Positions 53,555 to 64,000 of a stretch of 64,000 bases of DNA are shown piece after piece (the first letter of the stretch is position 1; every line of letters begins with the position of its first letter). Origin of the DNA: Bispira polyomma (taxonomy: Eukaryota); NCBI GenBank assembly GCA_965649765.1, contig OZ287749.1:48422001-48486000 (forward strand). The letters are read 5' to 3'. The position numbers were made by a program, and so were the translations under genes. The notes under the pieces were generated by a model. The model had not been told where the DNA came from. It ran no database searches and was given only the letters and a program-made list of their open reading frames with translations.

Positions 53555-54018
53555 ATGCGTTTAGAAACTCTAGAGAACATTATGGTAACTGTGGACTACA
53601 TATACTTTACTTAAGAATCGCTGGAGGACATTTTTACTGTGGACTAGATGTACTTTACCTAAGAACCTTTAGAGAACATTATGGTAACTCTGGACTAGGT
53701 GTACTTTACTTAAGTACCTCTAGAGGACATTATGGTATTTATGGACTAGATATACTTTATGAAAGAACCTCTAGAAGACATAATGGTAACTATGGACTAG
53801 ATGTACGTTACTAAAGACCCTCTGGAGGATATTATGGTAACTGTAGACTAGATATGCTTTACTTAAAAACCTCTGGCGAACATTATGGTAACTGTGGACT
53901 AGATATACTTTATTAAAGAACCCCTAGTGGACATTATGGAACTAGGGACTAGATGTACGTTACTAAAGACCTTCTGGGGACATTATGGTAACTGTGGACT
54001 ATGTGTGCTTCAATTTAG
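53519..54018 (+). repeat. Tandem array of ~10 x 51 bp derived from the IYD C-terminus and stop codon
   Basis: aacctctggagaacattatggtaactgtggactagatatactttacttaag-like units; the first unit is the coding end. Confidence 0.95.
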
Positions 54019-55001
54019 AACTTTATAGACTTGTTTTCAGTGAAGTCAAATAGTTTTTCTTCAATATATGTGTGTTTTTATGTGGCTAATTTCGACGGGG
54101 CAACTTCTTTTTCTCTTACTGATGTTTAAACAACTGTATCCAAGTAGGTCATCCCGGGAAAGTTTTTACTATCCTAGTTCTAAATCAAAAACAATTTGTC
54201 AAGTATTGCCTATCATATTTCCTTATTTTTTGCTAGATATGTGATCCTGAAAAAAAGTCATTTAAATTCTTCTAGCACAAAAATTAGCCTAAAAATACTG
54301 CAATCAACTGATTACCATTGAATGACTGACTATTGTTAATCATTAAATAGTGCATATAAAGCATGGACTATCTCAATTGATCATGGTTTCTTTTAAAAGA
54401 TAACATTATAAAAGTTTTGCTGGTGATGTCTGAAAAAGACGTCTTATATCTTTGAGAATCGTCTTTTTAAAATGCTGCTTAAGTAGCTCCATTAAGGTTA
54501 AGATTTAAAGTAGTTGCAACTGTACATATGTTCCAAAGTTGTCTACTTCAGAACAAAGTTGTCTACTTCAAAACAAAGTCTTTTACAGCATCAATGTAGC
54601 AAATGTTGTACTTAAACAAGTTTTTAAGCGGCAGTATTTATTTATTTACTTTATTTACAAATAGAAACAATATTATAATTATAGCCTTTTTACATTTTTG
54701 GAATTTAAGTTATATTTTAGTTTAGAGATTTACATAAAATACTATAACCTGGGACGATAGCGTTACACAGAATAAACAATACATAATAAGACGAAACCTA
54801 GTATTTGGCATATTGGATATGTGTAATGAGTATTCACTGTATGTACATGTATGTATTGTATGTATGTCATATCTAGACTGCTATTGTTTAATAGTTTTAT
54901 TGTAAATAAGTTATTTGAAATAAAATACATTGAAGACAAAGATTGTCTACACACAGGTGTTTTTACTTTGGAGTTTACCCGGGTCAAACATGGGTAGTTT
55001 T

Positions 55002-55358
55002 AGTAGTGTGAACACCAGTAATCATCAGATTGCAGGGACACACTTCAGTGGTGTGAACACAAGTTATTATCAGATTGCAGGGACACACTTCAGTGGTGTG
55101 AACACCAGTAATCATCAGATTGCAGGGACACACTTCAGTGGTGTGAACACCAGTAATCATCAGATTGCAGGGACACACTTAAGTGGTGTGAACACCAGTA
55201 ATCATCAGATTGCAGGGACACACTTCAGTGGTGTGAACACAAGTAATCATCAGATTGCAGGGACACACTTCAGTAGTCTGAACCAAGTAATCATCAGGTT
55301 GCAGGGACACACTTCAGTAGTGTGAACAAAAGTTATCATCAGGTTACAGCGACACATT
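55002..55358. repeat. Minisatellite, ~8 x 45 bp
   Basis: agtggtgtgaacaccagtaatcatcagattgcagggacacacttc. Confidence 0.97.
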
Positions 55359-55483
55359 CATATATTCTCCTAAATTCTCAAGCTCAAATCAGACTCAAAT
55401 CTAAGGTCGCCAGATCTCTGGCTCAGCTAAAGTGATGTTAAGTCAAATCAGATTGCATATCTAAATTGAGTACTGAAAGCGCT

Positions 55484-57101
55484 TCTACAATGAAGGGTTA
55501 CACGCACATCTTTCTATCCTTTGTCCCGGAGTGGATAAACTACTCCAAATTGGAATTAAATCCTGACAAAACTGAATTTATTCACATTGGAAACAAGAAA
55601 GACAGTAAATCCACTATTCTCCATTAACCTTCTGGTAAAAGATATACTACCTTCTGCAAATGCCAAAAACCTTGGTGTCAATTTCGGCTCTGCCTTTTTT
55701 GTTCGAGACTCATATTGCCAAAATCTGTCCTGCTATTACCACATTCGTGACATTAAAAGAATTCGAAACCACCTGTCACTGGACACTGCTATAACTGTGG
55801 CTAATGCCCTTGTGAGTAGCCACCTTGACTACTGCAACTCTTTTTTCTACAATGAAGGGTTACACGCATATCTTTCTATCCTTTGTCCCGGAGTGGATAA
55901 ACTACTCCAAATTGGAATTAAATCCTGACAAAACTGAATTTAATCACATTGGAAACAAGAAAGACAGTAAATCCACTATTCTCCATTAACCTTCTGGTAA
56001 AAGATATACTACCTTCTGCAAATGCCAAAAACCTTGGTGTCATTTTCGGCTCTGCCTTTTTTGTTCGAGACTCATATTGCCAAAATCTGTCCTGCTATTA
56101 CCACATTCGTGACATTAAAAGAATTCGAAACCACCTGTCACTGGACACTGCTATAACTGTGGCTAATGCCCTTGTGAGTAGCCGCCTTGACTACTGCAAC
56201 TCTTTTTTCTACAACGAAGGGTTACATGCATATCTTTCTATCCTTTGTCCTGGAGTGGATAAACTACTCCAAATTGGAATTAAATCCTAACAAAACTGAA
56301 TTTATTCACATTGGAAACAAGAAAGACAGTAAATCCACTATTCTCCATTAACCTTCTGGTAAAAGATATACTACCTTCTGCAAATGCCAAAAACCTTGGT
56401 GTCATTTTCGGCTCTGCCTTTTTTGTTCGAGACTCATATTGCCAAAATCTGTCCTGCTATTACCACATTCGTGACATTAAAAGAATTCGAAACCACCTGT
56501 CACTGGACACTGCTATAACAGTGGCTAATGCCCTTGTGAGTAGCCGCCTTGACTACTGCAACTCTTTTTTGTTTGTTTTTTTGTTGTTTTTTGGGGGGGG
56601 TTTTTTAAGTTTCAGTCCATTCAAAACTACCCACACGTCACTCCTTCCCTCAAAATCTATACTGGCTTCCCATTCACTCTAGAATTGTGTTCAAAATTCA
56701 CATTATTACATTCAAGGCTGTAGTCACTCAACAGCCCTCCTACTTCGCTTCCCTTCACTCTTTCAGTAACATGGGAAGAGGCAAGTGTAATACTCTGTTT
56801 CTTTGGTTAGACCCACCAGGAAGGCGGGATCTAGAGCTTTCTCCATTGCAACTCCCTTGTTATGGAACAGTCTCCCAGTTGACCTCAGATCAGTAGATGC
56901 ACTTATTGGTTTTAGGAAAAAGCTCAAAACCTAACCTTTTAACCTTGCCTACCCACCCTAGTTCCCTCCTGTACACCCCCACGTCTTTCCTTATGACCTT
57001 ACTATGCCCATGGATTCAACGATTTAATCACTGATTCTGCTGTTGCACTTAGAAGATGCCTAGCATCAATAAAGTGCATTAAAAATGCATAATAATAATA
57101 A
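55484..57101 (+). mobile_element. L2/CR1-group LINE 3' part with an internal 362-bp triplication
   Basis: KNLGV, ANALVSSRLDYCNS in three near-identical units (55587, 55949, 56311); 3' UTR matches the 37.5-kb copy; (TAA)n tail. Confidence 0.9.
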
Positions 57102-57599
57102 TATGTTATTTCCACAATACAGGAGTTACAAATTTAATTAGGTTTTGGATGAACCAAAAGCCTCTTGTTAGATAAATGACCACCAGATACGCCAGTTTTA
57201 ATGAGTTAAGATCACAACCTAATCAGGCAAAGGTATTATACAGCTATTCCTATCATCCAGACATGTTAGAACAGTATTATTTTCTTCAGATAACAGATGG
57301 TTCATCTTTATCAGTGAAGTTAGAAGTATTATTCTATTCACATAACAGATGGTTCATCAAATAGAAAATGTATTTTAGTATAAAATAGTAGGTGTCTGTA
57401 AATTTGGCAGTAAAAACGAAATCATAAAAATATATGCTGTGTCAATTACATTTACTTCATGGATATGTGGAGTTACAACAAATTTAAGGGAGACTCCAAG
57501 AGTGAGGATATATTTGTGATATAAAGATATCCTAGAAACATTTTATCAGTCATGCTACAGTTTAAAGTAACTACAAGGCTGTCTAAAGAAAGTGAGGGT

Positions 57600-58120
57600 A
57601 GTGAGGGTAGTCGATTGTGACGTTTTGTGACGTTTTGTGATGTTGGTACTTGTAGACACGAAGCGGGGGTAAAAATCTAACATTTTACTGGTCGGACATC
57701 ACTACCTTCTACTATGTAGAGCTACTGTACTGCTACTTACTGGTGCGTTCTGCTTCGTTCTGCTACCTAGTAAAATAATTACAATGAGTGGAGACAATAT
57801 TACTACTTACTGGGACTTCCTCGCTACCTACTACTAAGTAGAGCTACTTACTGATACATCTATGCTACATACAGAAACGTTCGGAGACGATCAGTGAAAC
57901 AGGGAGAAACAGGAGCTGTGACTGTAGTGTTTCGAACAGTTTGAAACACTACACGCAGAAGATGAAACAGAGACGTTTCCAGAACGAGACCATCCGTTAA
58001 TCAACATCACGGAACGAACGCACCAGGGATCCTCACTTCCTACTACGTTTCAAAACGTTTTCAAAATTCACACAATGTGACACAAATGCAGCCCTAGAAC
58101 GTGTAGGTGTGACCAGGACA
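57600..58120. mobile_element. Second, one-end-truncated copy of the 22468 MITE
   Basis: Colinear internal sequence and right TIR CGTGTAGGTGTGACCAGG. Confidence 0.85.
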
Positions 58121-58696
58121 TTATCGGTAAAGTTACACTGGCAGTTGTTATTTTACTGAATGCTGGCATGGTCCCTTATCAAAGAAATCAAACACAATAC
58201 AGGCTTAAACAAATATATTTAAAAAAATGCACTATTGTTAGAAATACACGCTATTTTTACTCAGATACAGAAACAGTTTGAAAAATAAAATAAATATCAA
58301 AGATGAAGGCAACACAATTCAATTTTTTTGAAAAATAATTTTATTCAAGACCTTTTGAGCATTATACAATTTTAATACATGTATTCGGGAATTTATTTAG
58401 AAAAATTATATCAAATTATATCATCCTTCAATGATACAAGTAGAATTTTCAGGTATAGAAAGTTCCTTTTTCGTCTACTTATATATATACATATATTGTT
58501 CAAAACACTTCATGCAAAAAAGCGAATCCAATCTACAAAGAATTAATACTCGTATCACATCTGGTCATTTAAGAAACATACTATTAATTGATTATGATTT
58601 ATTATGCTACTTGATCAAAAGAAAAAAATAAAGAATAAGCAGGTATTTTTTCTGTATATTTCGATTGTTTGTGCATATACCCAGACACCCTACGAT

Positions 58697-59194
58697 TTAG
58701 GACACATTGTACTGCATCCTGTCAAAATTTTCTGTCATCAATCTTCCCCAGTGAGGCTCCAGTGAGATCATTGCCTCCTCAATGCATTTTTCTACAGCAA
58801 TCACACGGACCTGCAACTTCAACTGTTCACGGATGCAATAATCAATGGTTAGACACGTGAAGACAAGGGAACCAATGAAAAGTAGCCACTTCAAGCCATA
58901 CAATGATCCCTCTGTTGATTCTAGCTGTGACACCACATCCATGCACTGGTTTGCCTGGACAGAGAACTCAAATTCTAGGGTGTTGCCCCAGTCCAGCTTA
59001 CAGGTGTACAGTTCGTCTGACTCCCCATCCTGTAACACCCACATCCTGAACACTCTTCTAAGAAGCATCCACAGCCAACCAAATAGGTCGTTGTCACCTC
59101 GGCTGTTCCATTCATATTGAGACCGACATCTCAGCCCATACACAAACTCGGCAAGCACTGCAAAAACACTCGGCGCTGAAGTGTGCTTTGACAT
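58697..59194 (-). CDS. Orphan 165-aa ORF with C-terminal hydrophobic segment (possibly 3' part of a frameshifted gene)
   Basis: GC-richer island within AT-rich DNA, ATG start, TM-like LKWLLFIGSLVFTCLTIDYCI, minus-strand AATAAA at 58340-58345; no family recognised. Confidence 0.45.
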   Translation of the reverse strand: MSKHTSAPSVFAVLAEFVYGLRCRSQYEWNSRGDNDLFGWLWMLLRRVFRMWVLQDGESDELYTCKLDWGNTLEFEFSVQANQCMDVVSQLESTEGSLYGLKWLLFIGSLVFTCLTIDYCIREQLKLQVRVIAVEKCIEEAMISLEPHWGRLMTENFDRMQYNVS

Positions 59195-59301
59195 ACACGA
59201 TCGGGTGTATCCTTGTGACTAATTGTGTAGTAGTAAATCATGCAGACAATAATCACTGCTAAGCAACTGAAAAGCAGAAGTTGTTTTCTACCAAATGCCA
59301 T
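59131..59301 (-). CDS. 56-aa signal-anchor-like ORF overlapping the 165-aa ORF
   Basis: MAFGRKQLLLFSCLAVIIVCMIYYYTISHKDTPDRVCQSTLQRRVFLQCLPSLCMG*; AAGATGG start context; acceptor-like ttttacatag at 59351-59360. Confidence 0.4.
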   Translation of the reverse strand: MAFGRKQLLLFSCLAVIIVCMIYYYTISHKDTPDRVCQSTLQRRVFLQCLPSLCMG

Positions 59302-61690
59302 CTTTCCCTTGTGCTACCATATGTAATAGGTAAGCGAAACTGACTCGTATCTATGTAAAATGGTTTGTGTCGTCATAAGTGTGGAATCATGACGTACCAC
59401 AACGTCCCACATGGCGTATGTACCCATTGTGACGTCATGTATGCTCGTGTTTTTTTTAATTTTAACACGAGGGACCTTTAATTATTATGACTCCTTCTAA
59501 AGTATGTTGTTGGTTTCTTAGATTTCAATCTTGAACTAGAATCGAGTTCAAGTTGTTCTAAACATAAAGGCCATGCATAGAGACGTTTAGAAAAACAAAA
59601 TTCAGGCCATTTAGCTGAAAAATGACGTATTTGACACCTATATATGTGTGAAGTATGCCACATAATATTTATTAAAGCAATGTTAATTACATAAAAACAT
59701 TTAGTTATGGGATACCTACTACTCCTTCAAGTTACAGTGCAAATGTATTATTCAGTTTAAACATTCCATGTCATTAAAATGTTAATATGTATGTTGACCA
59801 TAACTTGGTTAAATCTTTTTTATTTGTTATATATTTGATATATTTATTACATGTTGTTAAAACTAAACTTTTTCTTTGTTTTGTTTTTTTGGTATTGATT
59901 TTTTTTTTTCATTGACATATATTTTATGTTAACTGGTGATATACATTGTTACATTAGAGACATTAACTTATATCACCTAGTTTTTACTAAAAAAAAATAC
60001 AGTCACATATTCCTTTACAAAATATTTTTTTACGATTTAAAGATTTGGAATTTAAATACAACTCTTTCTTGGATACATATTACTGAAATGTTGTCTACTG
60101 TTACATAGTCTTTACAATTATGATGGAGTGACAAAAAAATATAAGAAAGAAATAATGCACAAAACACAACACATCAACTTACCTCTCCAATATCAGATGA
60201 TTCTGACAATACCTACTCTGTGATATACAGGGTACATAACTGCTTGATGACCAAATAAAGAAGTTAAGATGTAGTAACACTTTAAGACAAACACCAGGAG
60301 TTTGGTAATAATTGTTTGTTTATTCATGCCTTCAATATGGTTAATATGGTTAATATTGACAATATTAGTGATCCATAAATGAATGTTTAGAATACAATAT
60401 AACCCCACAATGAAGTATGCCAAGCATACAATACATCACCAATAACACTAACTATAGTGAACAACTACTTAACAAGGAATGGGTGGGTGGGAATTAAAAT
60501 TTTATAATATCCATCTTGTCTGACATCTACTGTGAACTGCACAGAATTAAGCAGGAATTTTCCGCAGGTCATTTACAGACAGATTTAGGCGGCACATTTC
60601 AGACAATGATATGACGTGCATAGACGCGCCTGCAAATGACATTATTTGCTAACCATTTGTAAAACAAATAAACCAAAAATAATGATAAGTGCATACACCA
60701 TTCTGCCACTAAAATTATTTGCTACGCATTTGTAAAACAAATATATCGCAAATAAAATAGTATACATGAATTCTGAGTCCTTTATTAGAATAATAGCCTC
60801 CATCTGAACCATGTATTGATGAATTTTCCCATTTGACAATCAATTTAATGCTAAAGTTCTTGTTCCTGGAATAATATTGTTAATCTGTTCATATATTCTG
60901 TTAAGTTAGGTGATCTTTTTTTTTATAAAAGCACATGTGAATATATAGTGCTTCACAGACACAAAAAGAGTGTTGATTGGGATACAATTTTGGTTAGTGT
61001 TCAAATATCCTAGTATTACTGACTATTGTGTTATAAGCAAGATAAAATAAAGTTTTCTAATTATACAACCAGAGAGCTATTGTAAAAGCATTTAAGTAAT
61101 TTCACAGTATTAAAACAAGTGAATTGATGACTCTTCATTGTTATTACATAATCAACAGTTGCTACTACTTTCTAATTTCATTTTTAACTTCAGCTTGCTA
61201 GTTCCTACAATTCGATGTTGTATCTTATATCGGAGCTAGATAAGTGTATTGTCACTGATTGTCCTGAAACACACTTTAAATATAAGTTTCCATATGCTAT
61301 CATCCATTACAGTGGCCAAATAAAAATGCCACTTTGTTTTTATTTTTTGAGATATCTTCAAATTTATTCAAAGCTTTATACATGTCCCTTGCTCCTTTAG
61401 ATGACTTGAAAAAAAATTTGTAAATGGTAAGGGTATATTGGAAATTTAGGAACAAATATATCGATTTCTTTATAATAATTGATCAATTTAGTAATCAATC
61501 CCCTGACTCTGTAATGGTCAAAATAAGTGGTTGAAGAGAGGTTATATCTTTTATTTTCCTCAAATGTCATTACCGTTTGTACTCACTATATCGGTTACAA
61601 ATTTGATTACTGCCTCATACCATTTTGGTAATAATAGATCACATTGAAATTGTAGCAATTTCATCAGATATGGTTACTTGTACAAGTTAG

Positions 61691-61946
61691 GGGGGCTGCG
61701 GTGGCCTAGTGGTTAGCAAGCACTGCGCTTCACAATCACTGGTCTCTTACCTCTGGGATCGGCTGGCATGGGTTTGACTCCTGTCGATGCCTATGTGTGA
61801 AAGGTGGTAGTTCCTTACTGTGGGCCGCTGGTTTCAGTGCAGAACCTTGATCAACTGTATGTAATGTTTCCTCCAGCGTTTCCAACTACCCGTCCCAATA
61901 TAACCTTAACAGGTACTAGAGTGGACGTTAAATATCCCAATTGAAA
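61691..61946 (+). mobile_element. tRNA-derived SINE family A, about 420 nt upstream of the HS3ST ATG
   Basis: 13-bp TSD ttgtacaagttag (61678-61690 / 61947-61959). Confidence 0.92.
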
Positions 61947-62366
61947 TTGTACAAGTTAGCTGCTAGTGTATCAATAGGTAAAAGTTTAAAACACTTTCAT
62001 TAGACTGGTACAACATAAATTATATCTACACTTTCCTTTAAGGATATACAATAAAAAAAAAAACCCATTAAATTGTGATATAGGAATTTAGTCAGATATG
62101 GTTAAAGATATTTAAATTTTTGATTGATTTGTATGATGCTGCTACGACTTTTCAGTCTATTAGAAAGTAGTGTGGGTCTTTTACATAACAGCAGTTACAA
62201 ACGTTAGAGCTAGCGCACATATCTTTACCATAAAAAAAAAACTGTAAATACAAACAAACTAGAAAAAAACATAATTTGTCTAGAGATAAGTAGTAACAGT
62301 TCTATAAAACTAAACTGTCCGTAGCTGATTTGAATTTGAGTAGTGTTCATGTTTTTATAAACTAAA

Positions 62367-63020
62367 ATGTGCAGAACGAAATACTCTATGTATGCTTTAA
62401 GCATTTCCAGCATAGTTATGATATATCTTTGGATACTTTGGAACTGGAAACTGTATACAAAAAGCAATATAACTCATAAACCGTATACAATGCCATCGTA
62501 TGTGTCAGTTAAAAACATTAAATCTAACCTGTCGCAAAGTAAAAATATTTGGCAGATTGAGAAAAACCTGATCTATTATGGTTTAGATAACACGTTATCA
62601 GCCATGTTCAACAATAGATACATGAAGAAGAAATACAGTAACCATGGAAACTATTCTGTGCTGAAGAGGTTTCCGAGATGCATCTGTATTGGTACGGCTA
62701 AATCAGGAACTGAGGCATTGATGCTTTTTCTGAATTTTCATCCCCAAGTGGTATCATACATCGGAGAACCTAACTATTTTACAAACAAGCAGTACCACAA
62801 GAACTTCGAAAAGTATTTGCACAGCATGCCATATTCTACCAAAGACCAGCTTACCTTTGAAAAAAGTCCGCAATACGTGGCTTGGAATATAAAAGAAGTT
62901 CCAGGAAGGATATATAACTTTGACTCTGAGATCAAGTTACTAGTCAGTGTGAAAAATCCAACTGACAGAGCCATTTCTTATTACCACCACTTTAAGAAAC
63001 CTCACACCCCGCCATTCGAG
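62367..63020 (+). CDS. HS3ST: Heparan sulfate 3-O-sulfotransferase-family Golgi type II membrane protein, coding exon 1 (remaining exons not found in the window)
   Basis: N-terminal TM; KRFPRCICIGTAKSGT (5'-PSB), HP, EPNYF, FEKSPQY, KNPTDRAISYY (3'-PB); donor GAG|gtaggt at 63021. Confidence 0.88.
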
Positions 63021-64000
63021 GTAGGTACAGATACTTCACATCAGAACAAATAACACATCAGTGTTAAAATACGTTGTGCATTGGTTTGTGATTGAATATT
63101 AATAGTATTAACATTAGACAGTGGCACATTTGTTTGAACATTGGATTATAAGTGATGTATATCTAAATGAGTTTGTGTGTGTTTTTTAAAAATTCAAGTG
63201 AAGTGCTGTGTTGAAGTGTATCAAGTTATTATTAAAGTGTTAGTATTATATTGTTTAAGAAAGAAAAATGTATTATGTGGGTTTTTTTGTCAACTCTTCA
63301 GCTCTTGGGAGGAGGTATGCGTCTGTAGTACCAGTGTACATGGATTATAATTTCCTTCAAAATAGTACTTTAATTATGAAAATCCATTCAGGATGTCGGA
63401 TAATGAAGACGGACGTCGGATGACGGATTTGGAAGCAAAATCTGACAGGTATATTCGCCCCTTTAACATATGACACTAACAGTCCAAAACAAGGCCTAAA
63501 CTATTGAAAATTGACGTCAAATTATACAAATACTATAAACAAAAAGTATTGATTTGTTACCTTGAAGAATTAACTTCAAATCCGTATTTATCAATATTTC
63601 TTTTTGGTCAACAGTTTTTAACAGTTTATGGATTAACTATTTTGTTATAACGATGTTAAAACAACCCAAAACATCTGACAAGTCTTGTTTAAGTTTCAAA
63701 ACCTTCAATTATGACATCACAATGCAAATCTGAAAATCCAAGAAATATTGGAGTTGGTACCTTAAAGAATAAACTGCTTTATTTCTAATGCCGTGGTCAC
63801 ACTGAGCACATTTCGCTTACGTTAAAAGTGTGAGGAAACGCAAGTACACAAAGTGAAAATAATGAACGTAAGCCCAAATTACATCCAAGACTCTTCCGTT
63901 ACGCTTTAGCTATGTTTAATTCGTGACGCTTGTGATGGTGGACACATTATTTCTTACATCTGGAAACGTTTTATACGTTCTGGCCACGTATTCCTCTACG

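Noticed and set aside
55002-55358. Minus-strand CTGATGA followed by a TGGTG/CACCA hairpin in the 45-bp repeat, resembling a hammerhead ribozyme core
   Set aside because: Followed by GAAG rather than GAAA, stem II does not abut the core, and no stems I/III are evident
55587-56682. Three tandem 113-123-aa paralogous genes
   Set aside because: Frameshifted L2 RT C-terminal fragments in a local triplication, with TTG starts
60193-60839. Hydrophobic minus-strand ORFs as a multi-pass membrane protein
   Set aside because: Short, interrupted by stops, and I/L/F/Y richness is expected from AT-rich DNA; may be UTR of the orphan locus
1107-61946. Plus-strand bias of SINE copies
   Set aside because: Small sample, and a minus-strand fragment exists at ~52900; not supportable as significant

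Overview
AT-rich eukaryotic genomic DNA from an intron-containing marine invertebrate, probably a lophotrochozoan/mollusc (inferred from its SINE and Helentron-type repeats). Four genes are recognisable. YPEL5 (minus strand, single coding exon) lies head-to-head with a 3-exon EHD1/3-type endocytic ATPase (plus, 536 aa). A 4-exon membrane-anchored iodotyrosine deiodinase IYD (plus, 331 aa) follows, then the first coding exon of a divergent HS3ST-family Golgi sulfotransferase (plus, continues beyond the window). A GC-rich orphan island on the minus strand (58.7-59.3 kb) holds two overlapping membrane-protein-like ORFs. The rest is TE-rich: at least 7 L2/CR1-group LINE copies or fragments, tRNA-derived SINEs with TSDs, Harbinger- and Tc1/pogo-type MITEs, Helentron-like elements with internal tandem repeats, and several minisatellites. 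The most notable items are (1) a near full-length, apparently ORF1-less L2 in IYD intron 1 whose ORF starts with a signal-peptide-like leader ending in a 2A-like (DIASNPGP) motif, (2) a 51-bp tandem array built from the IYD C-terminal codons and stop codon, and (3) the orphan overlapping-ORF locus. All calls were made by eye, without database searches.
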